Below, in pieces: positions 10,901-22,900 of a stretch of 64,000 nucleotides of DNA. Under the pieces are notes generated by a model. It was not told the DNA's origin, ran no database searches, and saw nothing but the letters and a program-made list of their open reading frames with translations. Source of the DNA: Ascidiella aspersa (Eukaryota); contig OZ004607.1 of the NCBI GenBank assembly GCA_963924565.1, forward strand, positions 13,702,001 to 13,766,000, in the 5' to 3' direction. Positions within the stretch are counted from its first letter, which is position 1. Every line of letters starts with the position of its first letter. Position numbers and translations under genes: made by a program.

Positions 10901-13900
10901 ATGTGCGCCCGAAGGTCCGGTTGCGCCTTCCAGACCGACAAGAAGGTCTTCTGCGCCCGCCACCTGCAGCACGTAAAAGCGGAGGTGAGTCGGTACAAGT
11001 GTGCAAAAATCGCGCAAACGATGCTGAAAGTTCACTTTTAATAAATATTTTATTCCTTTGTCACAGTGCCGCTTATTTACGGGGCCGTCTTAGCGAGCCA
11101 TTTTTATTTGTTTAAAAAACATCACAGTATACAATGTTGCCAGCTTTAACTCCAGATTGATATACATGTCGAGGATTAAGCAACGACGTTTATATTTTTG
11201 AACACTGCAACAACTAAAACGTTATAACTAAACTTTTTCCTGGAAAGTAATTATGACAATAAATACACTGATAGATACCTGCACGAGTTATTGCAGAAAC
11301 GTTCTAAAACAGAAAAATATGTCGTTTTTTTATCGAATGTTACGCCTGTTATATTTTAATTAAATTTAAATATTTTTTTGATTTTGCATTCTTTTTTTGG
11401 TAATTGTACTTTAAATTAAACCGAAAAATCTTTCGTTTTTCTGGATCTTCTGCCTGTTGTATTTTAATTAGAATTATTTATTTTTTGATGTTGCGTTCTT
11501 TTTTGTTAAATGTTCTTTAAATTAAACCTATTTTCGCGACGTTGTTTCACGCTAAATTCTGACAACCCAATGTATATACAGCAGGCTTGGAACCTCTGTC
11601 GCAATTGAAACCTTTCCCACTCAAAAACGTCGCCAATGCACATAAAAATAACGCTTTGAGGCGCAGGTTTTAAGCGACGAGCAGTTTGCGGTGCCTCGTC
11701 TTGTGTGCGTGGATAACGATGAGATGCGGCCGAATCGTCGCTGGCAGCGCGGGATGCACGCCGCCGCCATCACCCTAACCGTTGGCTCGCTCACCGTACA
11801 CAGCCTAGGCCAGCTCTCACTCGCGTCTGATTCCAGGGAATGCCTGGTGCCCGTCTCGTACAGGTGCGATTTCGTTGTTTTCTCGAGGAAGACTAGTTGG
11901 GAACACTATGCATATATCTGTACTGTAGCTTAGTAATGAATTGCAAAGCCATAAAGGTCGAGTAGATCGACATCATCTCGATTATTAAGAATTAAAGTTT
12001 GTTTTGTTTTGAGCTGTCCTGAACATTTACTGTATTTACTAGGCTTGCGTTTACTTTGGTAATACACTCTGTCTGAATTATAGGCTTTTTAGAGCCTTTT
12101 ATTTCAAAGCTGATCTGACAAGTCATGTTGAAATAGTTTGTTAAAATAAAAGTAGAGTATAAACTAATGTAATGCCGGTAACAGACTTGTGTGATAATAT
12201 TTAAAATGGGATATATGTATCTTTTTAGTAACACACAACATTTTTAGAAAGCTTAGGCGTGCAGTGTGGACGAGTTTATTGGGCTGTCACATAAAAACTA
12301 AGATCCTTCACAGACATCGTTTCGCCAATATTCCCCACTTAACACTTCGTTTCTTTTCCAGAATGACTCGGTTGTTTTGGAGCACTTTTTCGGCCAACCG
12401 TAAAACCCTTTACACAATCACCATCACCGATCGTAAACCCTCGGTCGACTCATCCGATGCCGACAAATCATCGGAAACCAACATGACCATCTCGCACGTC
12501 AACGAATCAGGTGAATAACGCTTGATGTATCCCTAATTTTCCGAAGTAAACCCAACAACATGATTGATGACGGTCTGTTGACGGTGTTCAAATATTATCA
12601 GCTTCAGTATATGTTTAGCAGGGCTTGAATTTGGGATTCCATTTTGATCCCTTTAAACGTATTTAATTAAGGGGAACCAATTGTATCCCGAACAAGTATT
12701 TGACCTTTTTAATTATTTGACTCTTTCGGGCAATGAAAACAGATAAGCCAACTGGTCATAAAGGATTATTATGCCAATAAATAATTTCATTTGCATCACG
12801 TCAAACATCGAATATATAACGTTGATTTTCGCATTTTAACTTTTCTATCACCGCTGTTTGCATTCCCGTTTTAACATCCCCGGCCTAATGTTTTCAGATC
12901 GCTTCCAATCCAACGCGAAGCCGTCGCCGGCTCGGGTTTCGTGCAAAGACAAGCTGGTGAATCGGCTGGACGACCCCACGCCCCACATCGGACCCCTCTC
13001 ACCCATCCGCCGAACCCCAACGAAGACTAACAGGGACGGACAGCCGACCGGCACCTACACCATCATGTCCAACCTGAATAAGACCCTGCCTCGCCTTGTC
13101 ACGCCTATACCGGCCACTGCCAAGCTGGTGCGCGAAAACGTCACGACCTCGCTCGTCCAATCGGCGCCCGCCACGTTGCGCAACCCCGCGACGACCTCTG
13201 CCTCACCTGGCAACCCATACTTGCGACCACCGAACATTTTGACCGACAGCGACAAGCCGTCAGCTGCTACTGGTCAATGGAAGCCGCCTGAATTGCAACC
13301 GATACTCTACAATTCGTCACTTGTCCGGCTTTCCTCTCGTTTTGCTGGGAAGGAATACCAACTTTCGTCATCTATCTCAACAGCACAAGACTGCACCCTA
13401 AATTCCGGCTCTTCGGGAAGCATCATTTCTGGCCAAAACCTTGACGCCAAATGCGTTTCTACCGTCGCCATTAAAAAAGTTGGTGGCCAAACTGATATTC
13501 CCGAAAGCCCCACTGTTACGAGTATTAAAAACTCAGAAGATTCAAGTATCGTGACGCAAAAAGTTACAAAAAGTCAAGTCCAACCGCCCGATTTTTCTGG
13601 TGTATCTAAAACAGACAAACCTGAACCTAAATCCTTTGCGAAATTTCCCGAACCGCTTGTTGTAGCAAACGCGAGCAGCATCGAAACCGCCGACCTAAAA
13701 ACCACAAACGTGTCGGAACAAGATACGTCAACCTCCCCGTTTCAACAATCAGACAAACAGACGTCGGTTGGTCTCTTGGCCAGCGCAAGACGGGCCACCG
13801 CCACTGCAGAAAGCAAGGCTTCGCTCTCCAGTAAACCTAAGGAGCCGGAAGTCGTTCTCTGGTGGAAGAAGCAGCAAAAGCAAGAGCCGGGTAAATGCAC

Positions 13901-16900
13901 ACGCGAAAATTCGTCAAAAAGCGACGGCGATCTGTCGCCGCCTTCAAAATCAGGGCGACGTAAATACTTATCGGCAGATCACAGCGATCCAAGCTTTGTC
14001 CCGGAGCGAGCGACTTGGAAGCGCTTGCCTGGCGAGAGCGCTACAGAAGCGTCCACGCGCGTCACCAGACGATCCCTGGATCGCAACTGCAAAAAGGAAG
14101 AGCTGGCCGCAACCTCCGAATTGGCGAATAAATCCGCTGATTTGCCCTGCTCTCTCGAGAAAGCTACGGCAAAAATTGGTGTTACGGACAGCACAGATCC
14201 CCGGGTAGACGAACACGCTTCTTTGTCGGAAAACACAGAAAATAAAATATCTGCGAACGAACGTTTGGAGGCAAATGAAAATGAAGATCATATATCCTCT
14301 GATGAAGAAATTAGCTGCATAGAAAAGGTTTCTTTCAGCTCGGAAGAAAACGAAGTTTCAGAGAAGTTGACGCCATTAGAATCAAAAGCTTCTGACGACA
14401 CTTCTACTCCCAAATTAGAAGGCGCACCAAAACCTGAGCCAGCAAACTGTGACGATATAGAAACTGACAGTACGTTTCAAGAACAAACATCTAGCGTTAC
14501 GGAGGTCGTATCCCCAGGTTTAACAGAACAAAATCCTTGTGAAGATTCAGCCGACACACCAAAAATATTAAACCTGGAAGACCGTACATTGCAAAACAGT
14601 GAGGAGCTATCCGCCAAAACTTCCGCCACTGTGGAGCCAAAGCATAACGTGGAAACACATAGGGCAAACAACTCCCAGTTAAAATCAAATTCCAAAAAGC
14701 TCCGAAGCAATTCAAAAATAAAAGAAGGTCCAACCATCACCAAATCAGACCAAGCGCAAGTTCAGAAAACGGAAGCCGACCTCCGCCCTTCGACGCCGAA
14801 ACATTGCAACAGTAAACATCGACGTAACAAATCGGCCAAAACCAATCACAAGACGCCCCTGATGAGACTGGGAGCAACGAGGGCCTCACGGGCGAGGAGC
14901 AAATCGCACGACGTGATGAGGACTCGGAGTGGAAAGGGAGTTAGCTCCAAGGTCCCGTCTCCGCTTCCATTGCGCCACAGAACGCGCTCGGGCATTGTCG
15001 GCGCCAAAGTCACATCCCCGTCTGTCAAACCTCGTTCGAAAGAAGCAAAGGCGGAGATAGAATTGACGCCACCTCTTGTAGAAGTAAAGGCGATGCCTGT
15101 GCCGGAACCAAACCCTGGTAGGAACGCAGATGAATCGACGACGCACGACTCCAACTTGCAAATGCAAGTGGAAACCAAACCAGTCGAAATGCTAGTGGAA
15201 ACGCAAGTGGAGTCGAATGCTATTGGAAACAAAACCAAGCCGGACACTGTGACACCAAACGCGCAAGTCGAAGGCGATGAACGCGACGACCTGGATTCTC
15301 CGTCTCGCAGATATCCCCGCCGCGACACCTACCTCTGCCTCAAGTCCTTCTCTGGCCTTTCGCCCAACTACGCCCTGGCCTCCTACTCTAGGCACGAGCC
15401 ACAGGATTCCGGCAAAAGGAAATTAAGGAAGTCCCGCAAGCGCCCGGCAACCACACCGCCGCGGTCGCTTCGAAGAGCGAGCGCTTCGCGGAAAATCAGC
15501 CCCGTGAAGTTGGTTGTCGGGCGACAGAAAGACGCTGGTAATTCGTCTGAAGAAGCAGGGCCGGGAAGTGCACATGCTGATGTTCTATCGCAGCCGGATC
15601 TTGTTCAGAGCAGTACTTCGGAACGCGGTAGTTCTGGCAAGTCACTGTGTTTATAAGCAGAGCAAATACTTATTCTATTTGCAATGTCTCGTGTGTTTCT
15701 GTAGTAATAAAGAGAATATATAGTTTTATTTTGACTTACGTTGAAAGTCTAATTCAATTTAAGGATAAAAATGTTTCTTTTATACTGTAAATTGTGAAAT
15801 ACCCAAGGTCGTCAAATCAACTCTTGCCATGTTTACCGCGTGTCACTGAAAATTTAAAATATTGGTTTGTTAATGTACATCCAACGCATTTCTGATATTA
15901 TTTTTCCGATTTGTGAATTTATTTGCGTCTATAATTCAGTTGTTTTTAATAAATAATATATCTCAAGTAAACGGCACTCAACCCATAAAAATGTGTTACC
16001 CCAAAATTAAAACTACGCAAATATCACATAAATTATTCCGAAACTCTGTTTTATTAAACAGATCGAGATACTCCGCCTTGTGTAGATGGCGAAAGATGCA
16101 AAGATTCTGAAGCTTTCCACGAGAAAGAAGTTAAAGCTGCTCTCAACGACCTTTTAAATGCTGTCGTGGTTTCGCTGTCCAACCCTCAACCGAGGCCTAA
16201 TCCTCGTCAAGAAGACATTCCTACTAGGCAAGAGAATGAGTCGTCTCCGATTCTTCCTGATCTGGACGACTCGATTGAAACTGCGAGAGGAGGAGGTGCT
16301 CCTGGAGAGGAAGCGCCTCGAGCGGCCGAAACGGGGATCAACTTCTCCGGCGAAATCCTTAACGTGTCGGTGAGCTCCAATACAACGTCAGACTTCCGCC
16401 CATCGGAAAGCCTAGTGTCGCCGGTAATGGACCTGGACGACCATCTTCCCTCTCCTGTCGACGACGCCATGCTCAAGAACGACCTTCTCGCTTCGGGGGA
16501 ATGTCCGGTGCTGAATGCCGATGAGGTTGAGACCCTGCTAGAATCGCAGTCGGATCCCATTTCGCCCGTACAGCTCGGCGCTTATTCTGTGAACTCTTCG
16601 GTTAACAACCTTCTGCAACCCGCTACTCAACAGCAACTTCCAACCGACAACTTCTTCAATCCGATGACGCAGTTCAGTGCGCCGCCACCTGCCGTTTCTC
16701 CCGCAATAAACGCGATTCACAAATTTCCGACGTTTATTCCAAACTCCACCGGTTTCGTGCGCGACTGCTACGGCGTCGGCGAACAGACCCCCAACAACCC
16801 CCCTTCGGTCGTTCTCCGACCTTTGCAGATAAGGATCCCGTTTGTGCCCCTCCCCAACCCTGCTCCCGCCTACAGCGAACCCCCGCCGCTCGAACGCAGC

Positions 16901-19900
16901 CCCATAGCCCAGGGACCCATTCCCATATCTGCCCCACTTTCCTACTCGATGCGCGTTACTATGGCGATGACGGGGGCCTTCAATGACGACTCTATGACGT
17001 CACATGCGTTTCGGTATCCCACAAACGTAAGCAGCAACCTGAAGCAACAATATCCCCAGAAGCAGCAGCAGCCGCCATCTAACCCGCCTCGTCTTCCCAC
17101 CCCTATAAACGTTGCTAAACCTGTCGTGTTGAACACATCGTCTTCATTGAGAAGTCCTCCTAAGCCCAGCAAGTTTCCAAGCCAACCTCAACTGGTACGT
17201 CAAGGGATTTGGGTGATAAATCATATCTAATGCTATTGTTATGTTGTTGAGTCGATCAAAGGGTCTGCATTTTCCTAGCATCAACAACGAACATTATGAG
17301 CCTTACAGTCTATCTCAGGGGTGTCCAACATGCGGCACGCGACCTAATAAAAAATGGCACAAGTCCTCAAAAAATATCTAATTAGTTATTCAGCCAATTG
17401 TCAAAAAAAATACTAAAGTTGTTATACAGCCAATTGCCATTGTCGCGGCAATTACGGCAACTAATAAATACTTCTTGTATTATTATACCATTAGAATATA
17501 CTTTAGTGCAGGCTAGCATTAACAAAATTATATAGTTTGGTGTGAAGAAACAATAAGTAAAAGTCAGCTCACCGACGGATGCTTAGATGCAGTAATGCGC
17601 ATTGCTACAGGCCAATCTATCTTTACAGTTTGGCTTAAAACAAACTTGCGCGAAGAACCAGATTTGGTCAATTATAAATGGTATGCTTGATTAAATAAAC
17701 AAATGTTTTTGTGTAAATTTGTAAAAAGCTCTTATAATATTAGAAAAAAATAGTTACTAAACTTTGGCACGGGAAGAAGTTATAACATAAAAGTTGGCAC
17801 ATCGGCCTGTTTGAGTTGGACACCCCTGGCCAATATTTTTAATTGTACAGCGCACCTATAGCAGAATAATTATTTCCAACCTGAAGGCTTTAACACATGT
17901 CAGCGTGAACCACTATCAATCAGCCAGTGCGCCAAACCCTTGTTTTGCTCGTTTTTAGCAAGGCAACAGCGACCAGCAGATGAACGCACTGGAGCATATG
18001 ATCAACTACTACAGCGCCAAGAATAACTTGACGACGGAAGAGAAGGAGATTGTGCGCTCGATCATCAGCTCTCAGATCCAGACAAACCAGCTTCCCATGC
18101 CAGCAGCCGCCAACACCGCCAGCGATCCTCTTACGAGTCCGGACGTATTAAAACCATCTCAGTCGGTAAAACGCTTTTGTAATACACGCCGTTTTAGTTA
18201 CAGTTTCCAGCTTTTAATTAGTTGGACCTTGGTAAAAAAGACACTGTTTTTATAAAAAAGTTTTCGTTTAAGGAAAATATTTCGTTTCTTTATAACAAAG
18301 ACAATCGTGATGTTTAATACATTGGTCTGTGTTAGTGTCCAAGGAAAATATTATATCGATTTAACGCACATTGAGGAAATCGGGTATTCACGTAGGATGT
18401 TTTTAGTTCGCAGGTTTGATATTGAACTCGTCCGGACAAAATTACACTCGCAAAAAGCCGTCTGCAAACTTCCTTGTTAAATTGTTTTTTCTAGTTGCAT
18501 AACCTTAGGTCGTCTTTGGCGTTCAACATATTTTTTCGCAGATCTACATCAACAAATTTAGTGCAGTTTATTTAATTACAAAAATGTTTTTTTGCACTCT
18601 CCACTCGTGAGTTGTTGTCAAACAGTACAACGCAACGCAATGCACTGGCATTGGCGAGCAGGCGAGTTCAAAATCCCAAACCTGGTCCGCGACTTCAGAC
18701 CATTAAAAGATTATTTGATTACATTACACATCGTATACACAGTTAAGGCCGCCAACGTAAATAAAAAAGCATTTGCGTCTCCATAAGCTTAACCCTTGTG
18801 TATGCTTGCAGTTTCTTCCGTGCGAGACCAAGTTGAAGCAGAAGAAAAGAAAAAGCTCACACGAGCGTGAGAAAAAGGATCGCGGAACGCGAGCCAAGCG
18901 AAAACGATCCCTGGATAAACAATCCCACGATAAACATCACCACCACGTCGCCATCGATGCCCGTTAGTACCATTTTGCCTTTGATACTTTATTTTGTCGA
19001 ACTAAAATGTAGAGTACACTGGCAAGCAGGTGTGGCGGTGCGTGCAGGCGAGATATTTTGCAAAAAACTTAGTCGAATTTATTGTTGCACCGCTTTGATG
19101 TTTGTTATCCTGCTACAGCGTCTAGTTTGGTGGTAAAAAATGCATTCAAGCAACTTAATTTCCTCCCTGCACACCACAACCTATTTCAAGGGCATGGAGG
19201 AGATGTGTGTTCTGACGCTTTAAATCAGGGATCAGGGATGGGCAACCTTTTTCTAGGCCGGGCCAAAACCAAACTCAGAAAGGTCTTTGCGGGCTGCTAA
19301 AAACACAGTTAAAATTTAAAAGACTTACTCATCTTGTTACAACAACCGCAACAACTGTTAATCAGAAATAAAATTAGAGTATTTTGCCATTGAAAAGGTG
19401 TCTAAATACATATATAAGCTATTGCTACCAGGCATAATATCAGGTTTGTAGAGCTCTTCTGGTAAATGTAATTTTTATTCCGACGTTTCGACGTCCTATA
19501 CAGGTCGTCTTCATCAGGGTAAATAACACGGAATGCGACTAGTACAGTGCACGATAAACAAAGGAAAAAAGGAAAAAAGAATGGAACGCAAGCACGTTAC
19601 AACGCAACAAAAACAAAACGCGATAACGAATGATTGGGCCTCTAATCTTTAAGCAGGTGCCTGTAGCACGCTGAAAGCATCACGTCCGTTTTGATGTTCA
19701 TTGTGTTGCCCCGTTGGTGAATAATCCATGACTCAAGAAATAGTCTTTTCCTGTAGTCAGATTCCCGGGCCACAACACGGACGGATCCGCCCCGCGCATC
19801 TACGGCTTACCAAAAATCCACAAAGAAGGCATCCCTCTGCGACCAATTGTTTCGTTTGTTGGTTCTCCAACCTACAACCTTGCGAAGTACCTAGCGAAAG

Positions 19901-22900
19901 TTATTTCTCCGCTCGTGGGCAATACAGAATGGACTGTTTCGAACTCGTCCAAGTTTGTTCAAGAGATAGCACAGTTGCCGCCTCTGTCCTACGAAGAGGT
20001 AATGGTATCGTATGACGTCGTGTCACTTTTTACATGTGTTCCTGTGGAGTTGGCAATGAACATCGCGTCATCCAGGATTATAAACGACTATAGCCTTAAA
20101 GACAGAACACCATGGCTCCCTCTGGATATTGTGGACGGTTTGCGGATTTGCTTGGAGCAATCCTTTTTAACATTCAGGGGAAGCTTTTACCAGCAGGTTC
20201 AAGGCACAGCGATGGGTTCCCCGGTATCTGTGGTTGTCGCGAACATGACAATGGAAGCGCTTGAGGAAAAAGCCTTATCAACATTTGCCTACCCACCAAG
20301 ATTCTGGCGGCGATATGTTGACGACATTTTTTGTGTCATTGATAATAACAAGGTTGAGGCATTTCTACGGCATCTCAACGAGGCGCAACCAGGCATTCGG
20401 TTTACCATGGAACTTCAATCGGTAAACTGTCTTCCATTTTTAGATGTTCAGGTCACAAGAACCGATGATGGTGTCTTGTACTCGAAAGTGTACCACAAGC
20501 CAACGAGTACAGACAGGTATCTCAATTTTCGATCGCATCACCCCACATACCAGAAAAGAGGGGTGGTTCGTTCCCTGAAAGATCGGGCACGACGCTTGTG
20601 CACACTTAACGACGACTGCGAGGCGGAACTGGCGAACGTTCGCAAAGCCTTGAAGTATAATGGCTACCCCAATTGGATTCTCCGTGATCGACGGGCAACT
20701 TGTCCCAAACAGGCGACTCATCCAAAAACAGAGGGTTTTGTGACACTTCCGTACATACCAAAACTGACGGATATTCTGCGGCGTATGTTGCGTGACTTTG
20801 GTGTAGCGGTGGGCGTCCAACCTGCCAATACTCTCCGCAAGCTACTGTGTCACCCGAAAGATCCAATCAACACCTTTGAACAACGAGGTGTTGTATATTC
20901 TATTCCCTGCGCCGAGTGTCCGTTAATATATATCGGAGAGACTGGAAGGTCACTTAACACCCGACGAAAAGAACATCAACGGGATGTTTCCAACAGTGAC
21001 GCGAAGAAGTCGGCCCTCTCCAATCACGCGGTGTCACAGGGCCACCGTATTGATTTTAATGCGGCGTCTGTTGTGGCCCGGGAATCTGACTACAGGAAAA
21101 GACTATTTCTTGAGTCATGGATTATTCACCAACGGGGCAACACAATGAACATCAAAACGGACGTGATGCTTTCAGCGTGCTACAGGCACCTGCTTAAAGA
21201 TTAGAGGCCCAATCATTCGTTATCGCGTTTTGTTTTTGTTGCGTTGTAACGTGCTTGCGTTCCATTCTTTTTTCCTTTTTTCCTTTGTTTATCGTGCACT
21301 GTACTAGTCGCATTCCGTGTTATTTACCCTGATGAAGACGACCTGTATAGGACGTCGAAACGTCGGAATAAAAATTACATTTGCCAGAAGAGCTCTACAA
21401 ACCTGTGTCTAAATACATGTTACTCTCGATGCAGGAACAAGATTTATGTAGTTAAAACACCAAAAAAAATATTAGGAATGGTCTCGTGCACGGTTTATAA
21501 ACTAGGTTCTGCGCCAGATGATTTGCCTTGGCGGGACGGATGTGGCTGGCGTGCTGTAGGTTGCCCACCCCTGCTTTACATGCACGTCGTTTCAAGTTTT
21601 ATATGTATGTAAAAATTCCACGCTTTAAACTAATAAGGTGACTTTGAATATACCTTTTTGAACTTCAAGTCGACATTCCTACCAATCGCAATACAAAGGT
21701 AAAGTTATAAATTCACAACCACTCAGTCAGACAAATACGTGACAAATTAAACTTTCCATTGTCTCCAACCGAATGGAGCGTGGTATATGCGGAGACGGTG
21801 CAACGCTCCTTATTAGTGAGTACTGTATGTTTTCTTGCAGCTTGGGTCGTGCATTCCGACGACGGTTCAGACGAGTCGTCGTGCCTAATGGAAATTTACG
21901 AGCAACGAGCAAAGTGCATCAAAATGCACAAGCAGCCCGCGCTCAAGGTAAGAGAGGTTAACTTAACCTAGCTTTCAATTGCCACTGTCACTACGCTACG
22001 CTAACCTGTAATTAGCTTAACCGGGCGATGACGGATTACAATCGAACTAGTTTATGTTGTGGGAAATTACCTCTTGTTTGAATAGCTTGATCCATTAGCC
22101 ACTAGCAATGTTCGTAAGTGCATTTTGTGGTTTAACCTGTATGCAACTCTTGCTTGCTCTTGGGTTTCCACAAAGTACCGTGATACTAATTTTCGTTTTG
22201 GAAGTTATCCCGCCTAGGCATTAACGTTTCAGGACATTTCCGTATAAGCATTTACGTTTTTTGATTTGCTTCAAGTTGTTTGATCAAAACGATAAAAAAA
22301 AATTTAAATTTGATTCAACATGTATTTTTCTGTGAATCGACGGTGTTACATTTTTTGTTGCAAACATATCTGTCCCTTATATGTTTAACGCCTTATTACC
22401 TATAAGATCGAGACATAAAAATTCGAACATTTTTTTGTATTCGCATTTCCTTTTTCTGAACAAAAAGTGTTGCAGGGCTTCTAGCAAAACTTTGTTTCGC
22501 TTTACAATTGATGTGTTACAAGCCAATATATTTAAATTTTCTTTTAATGACAACTTTGTACATCTGTGTTATAAAGAAACCAAACTTGCTTCATGTCACA
22601 CAATCGTCAATACAACTTATATCAAGCATGTTACGATTGTTACGCCTAAAATGTTAAGCAGACCACTGATACTATTGCTTATTTTGGTAAAAACTGCTTG
22701 TCCGCTTCACGAAACGACACTCCCGAAGATCAATTCCGGCAATCCGATGGGTGTTAAGCACATCTTGTTGGCAATGACAACCTTTAATTACCTCTCGTTA
22801 AGGCGCTTGTGGATATTTTTGTTTCAAATGAAGTTTGAGATATTTTTCATTTGATTTTCGACGCTGATTCGGTTAAAAATAAGTAAAAGAAACAATATTA

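Larger units (their letters stand above)
19412..21405 (+). mobile_element. Penelope-like retroelement (Penelope/Poseidon type), 5'-truncated, with inverted pseudo-LTRs
   Basis: 337-bp inverted repeats 19441-19777 / 21069-21405 (1 mismatch seen). 13-bp TSD tgtctaaatacat at 19399-19411 and 21406-21418. RT + GIY-YIG ORF. Hammerhead motif in each pLTR. Confidence 0.95.
19226..21573. mobile_element. hAT-type MITE interrupted by the Penelope-like insertion
   Basis: TIR cagggatgggcaacct (19233) / aggttgcccacccctg (ends 21573). 8-bp TSD ctttaaat / ctttacat (1 mismatch). Confidence 0.75.

Noticed and set aside
12848-17172. Multiple antisense ORFs (e.g. 14846-15328, 16207-16560)
   Set aside because: Antisense shadows of the large KMT2 exons
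19441-21405. Interpretation as a DNA transposon with long TIRs or as an LTR retrotransposon
   Set aside because: The repeats are copies of the ORF 3' end plus UTR, and the ORF is RT+GIY-YIG, i.e. Penelope pLTRs
22381-22854. 157-aa ORF in a KMT2 intron
   Set aside because: AT-rich F/L/I/K-biased composition, no splice fit and no motif; the flanking exons join in phase without it
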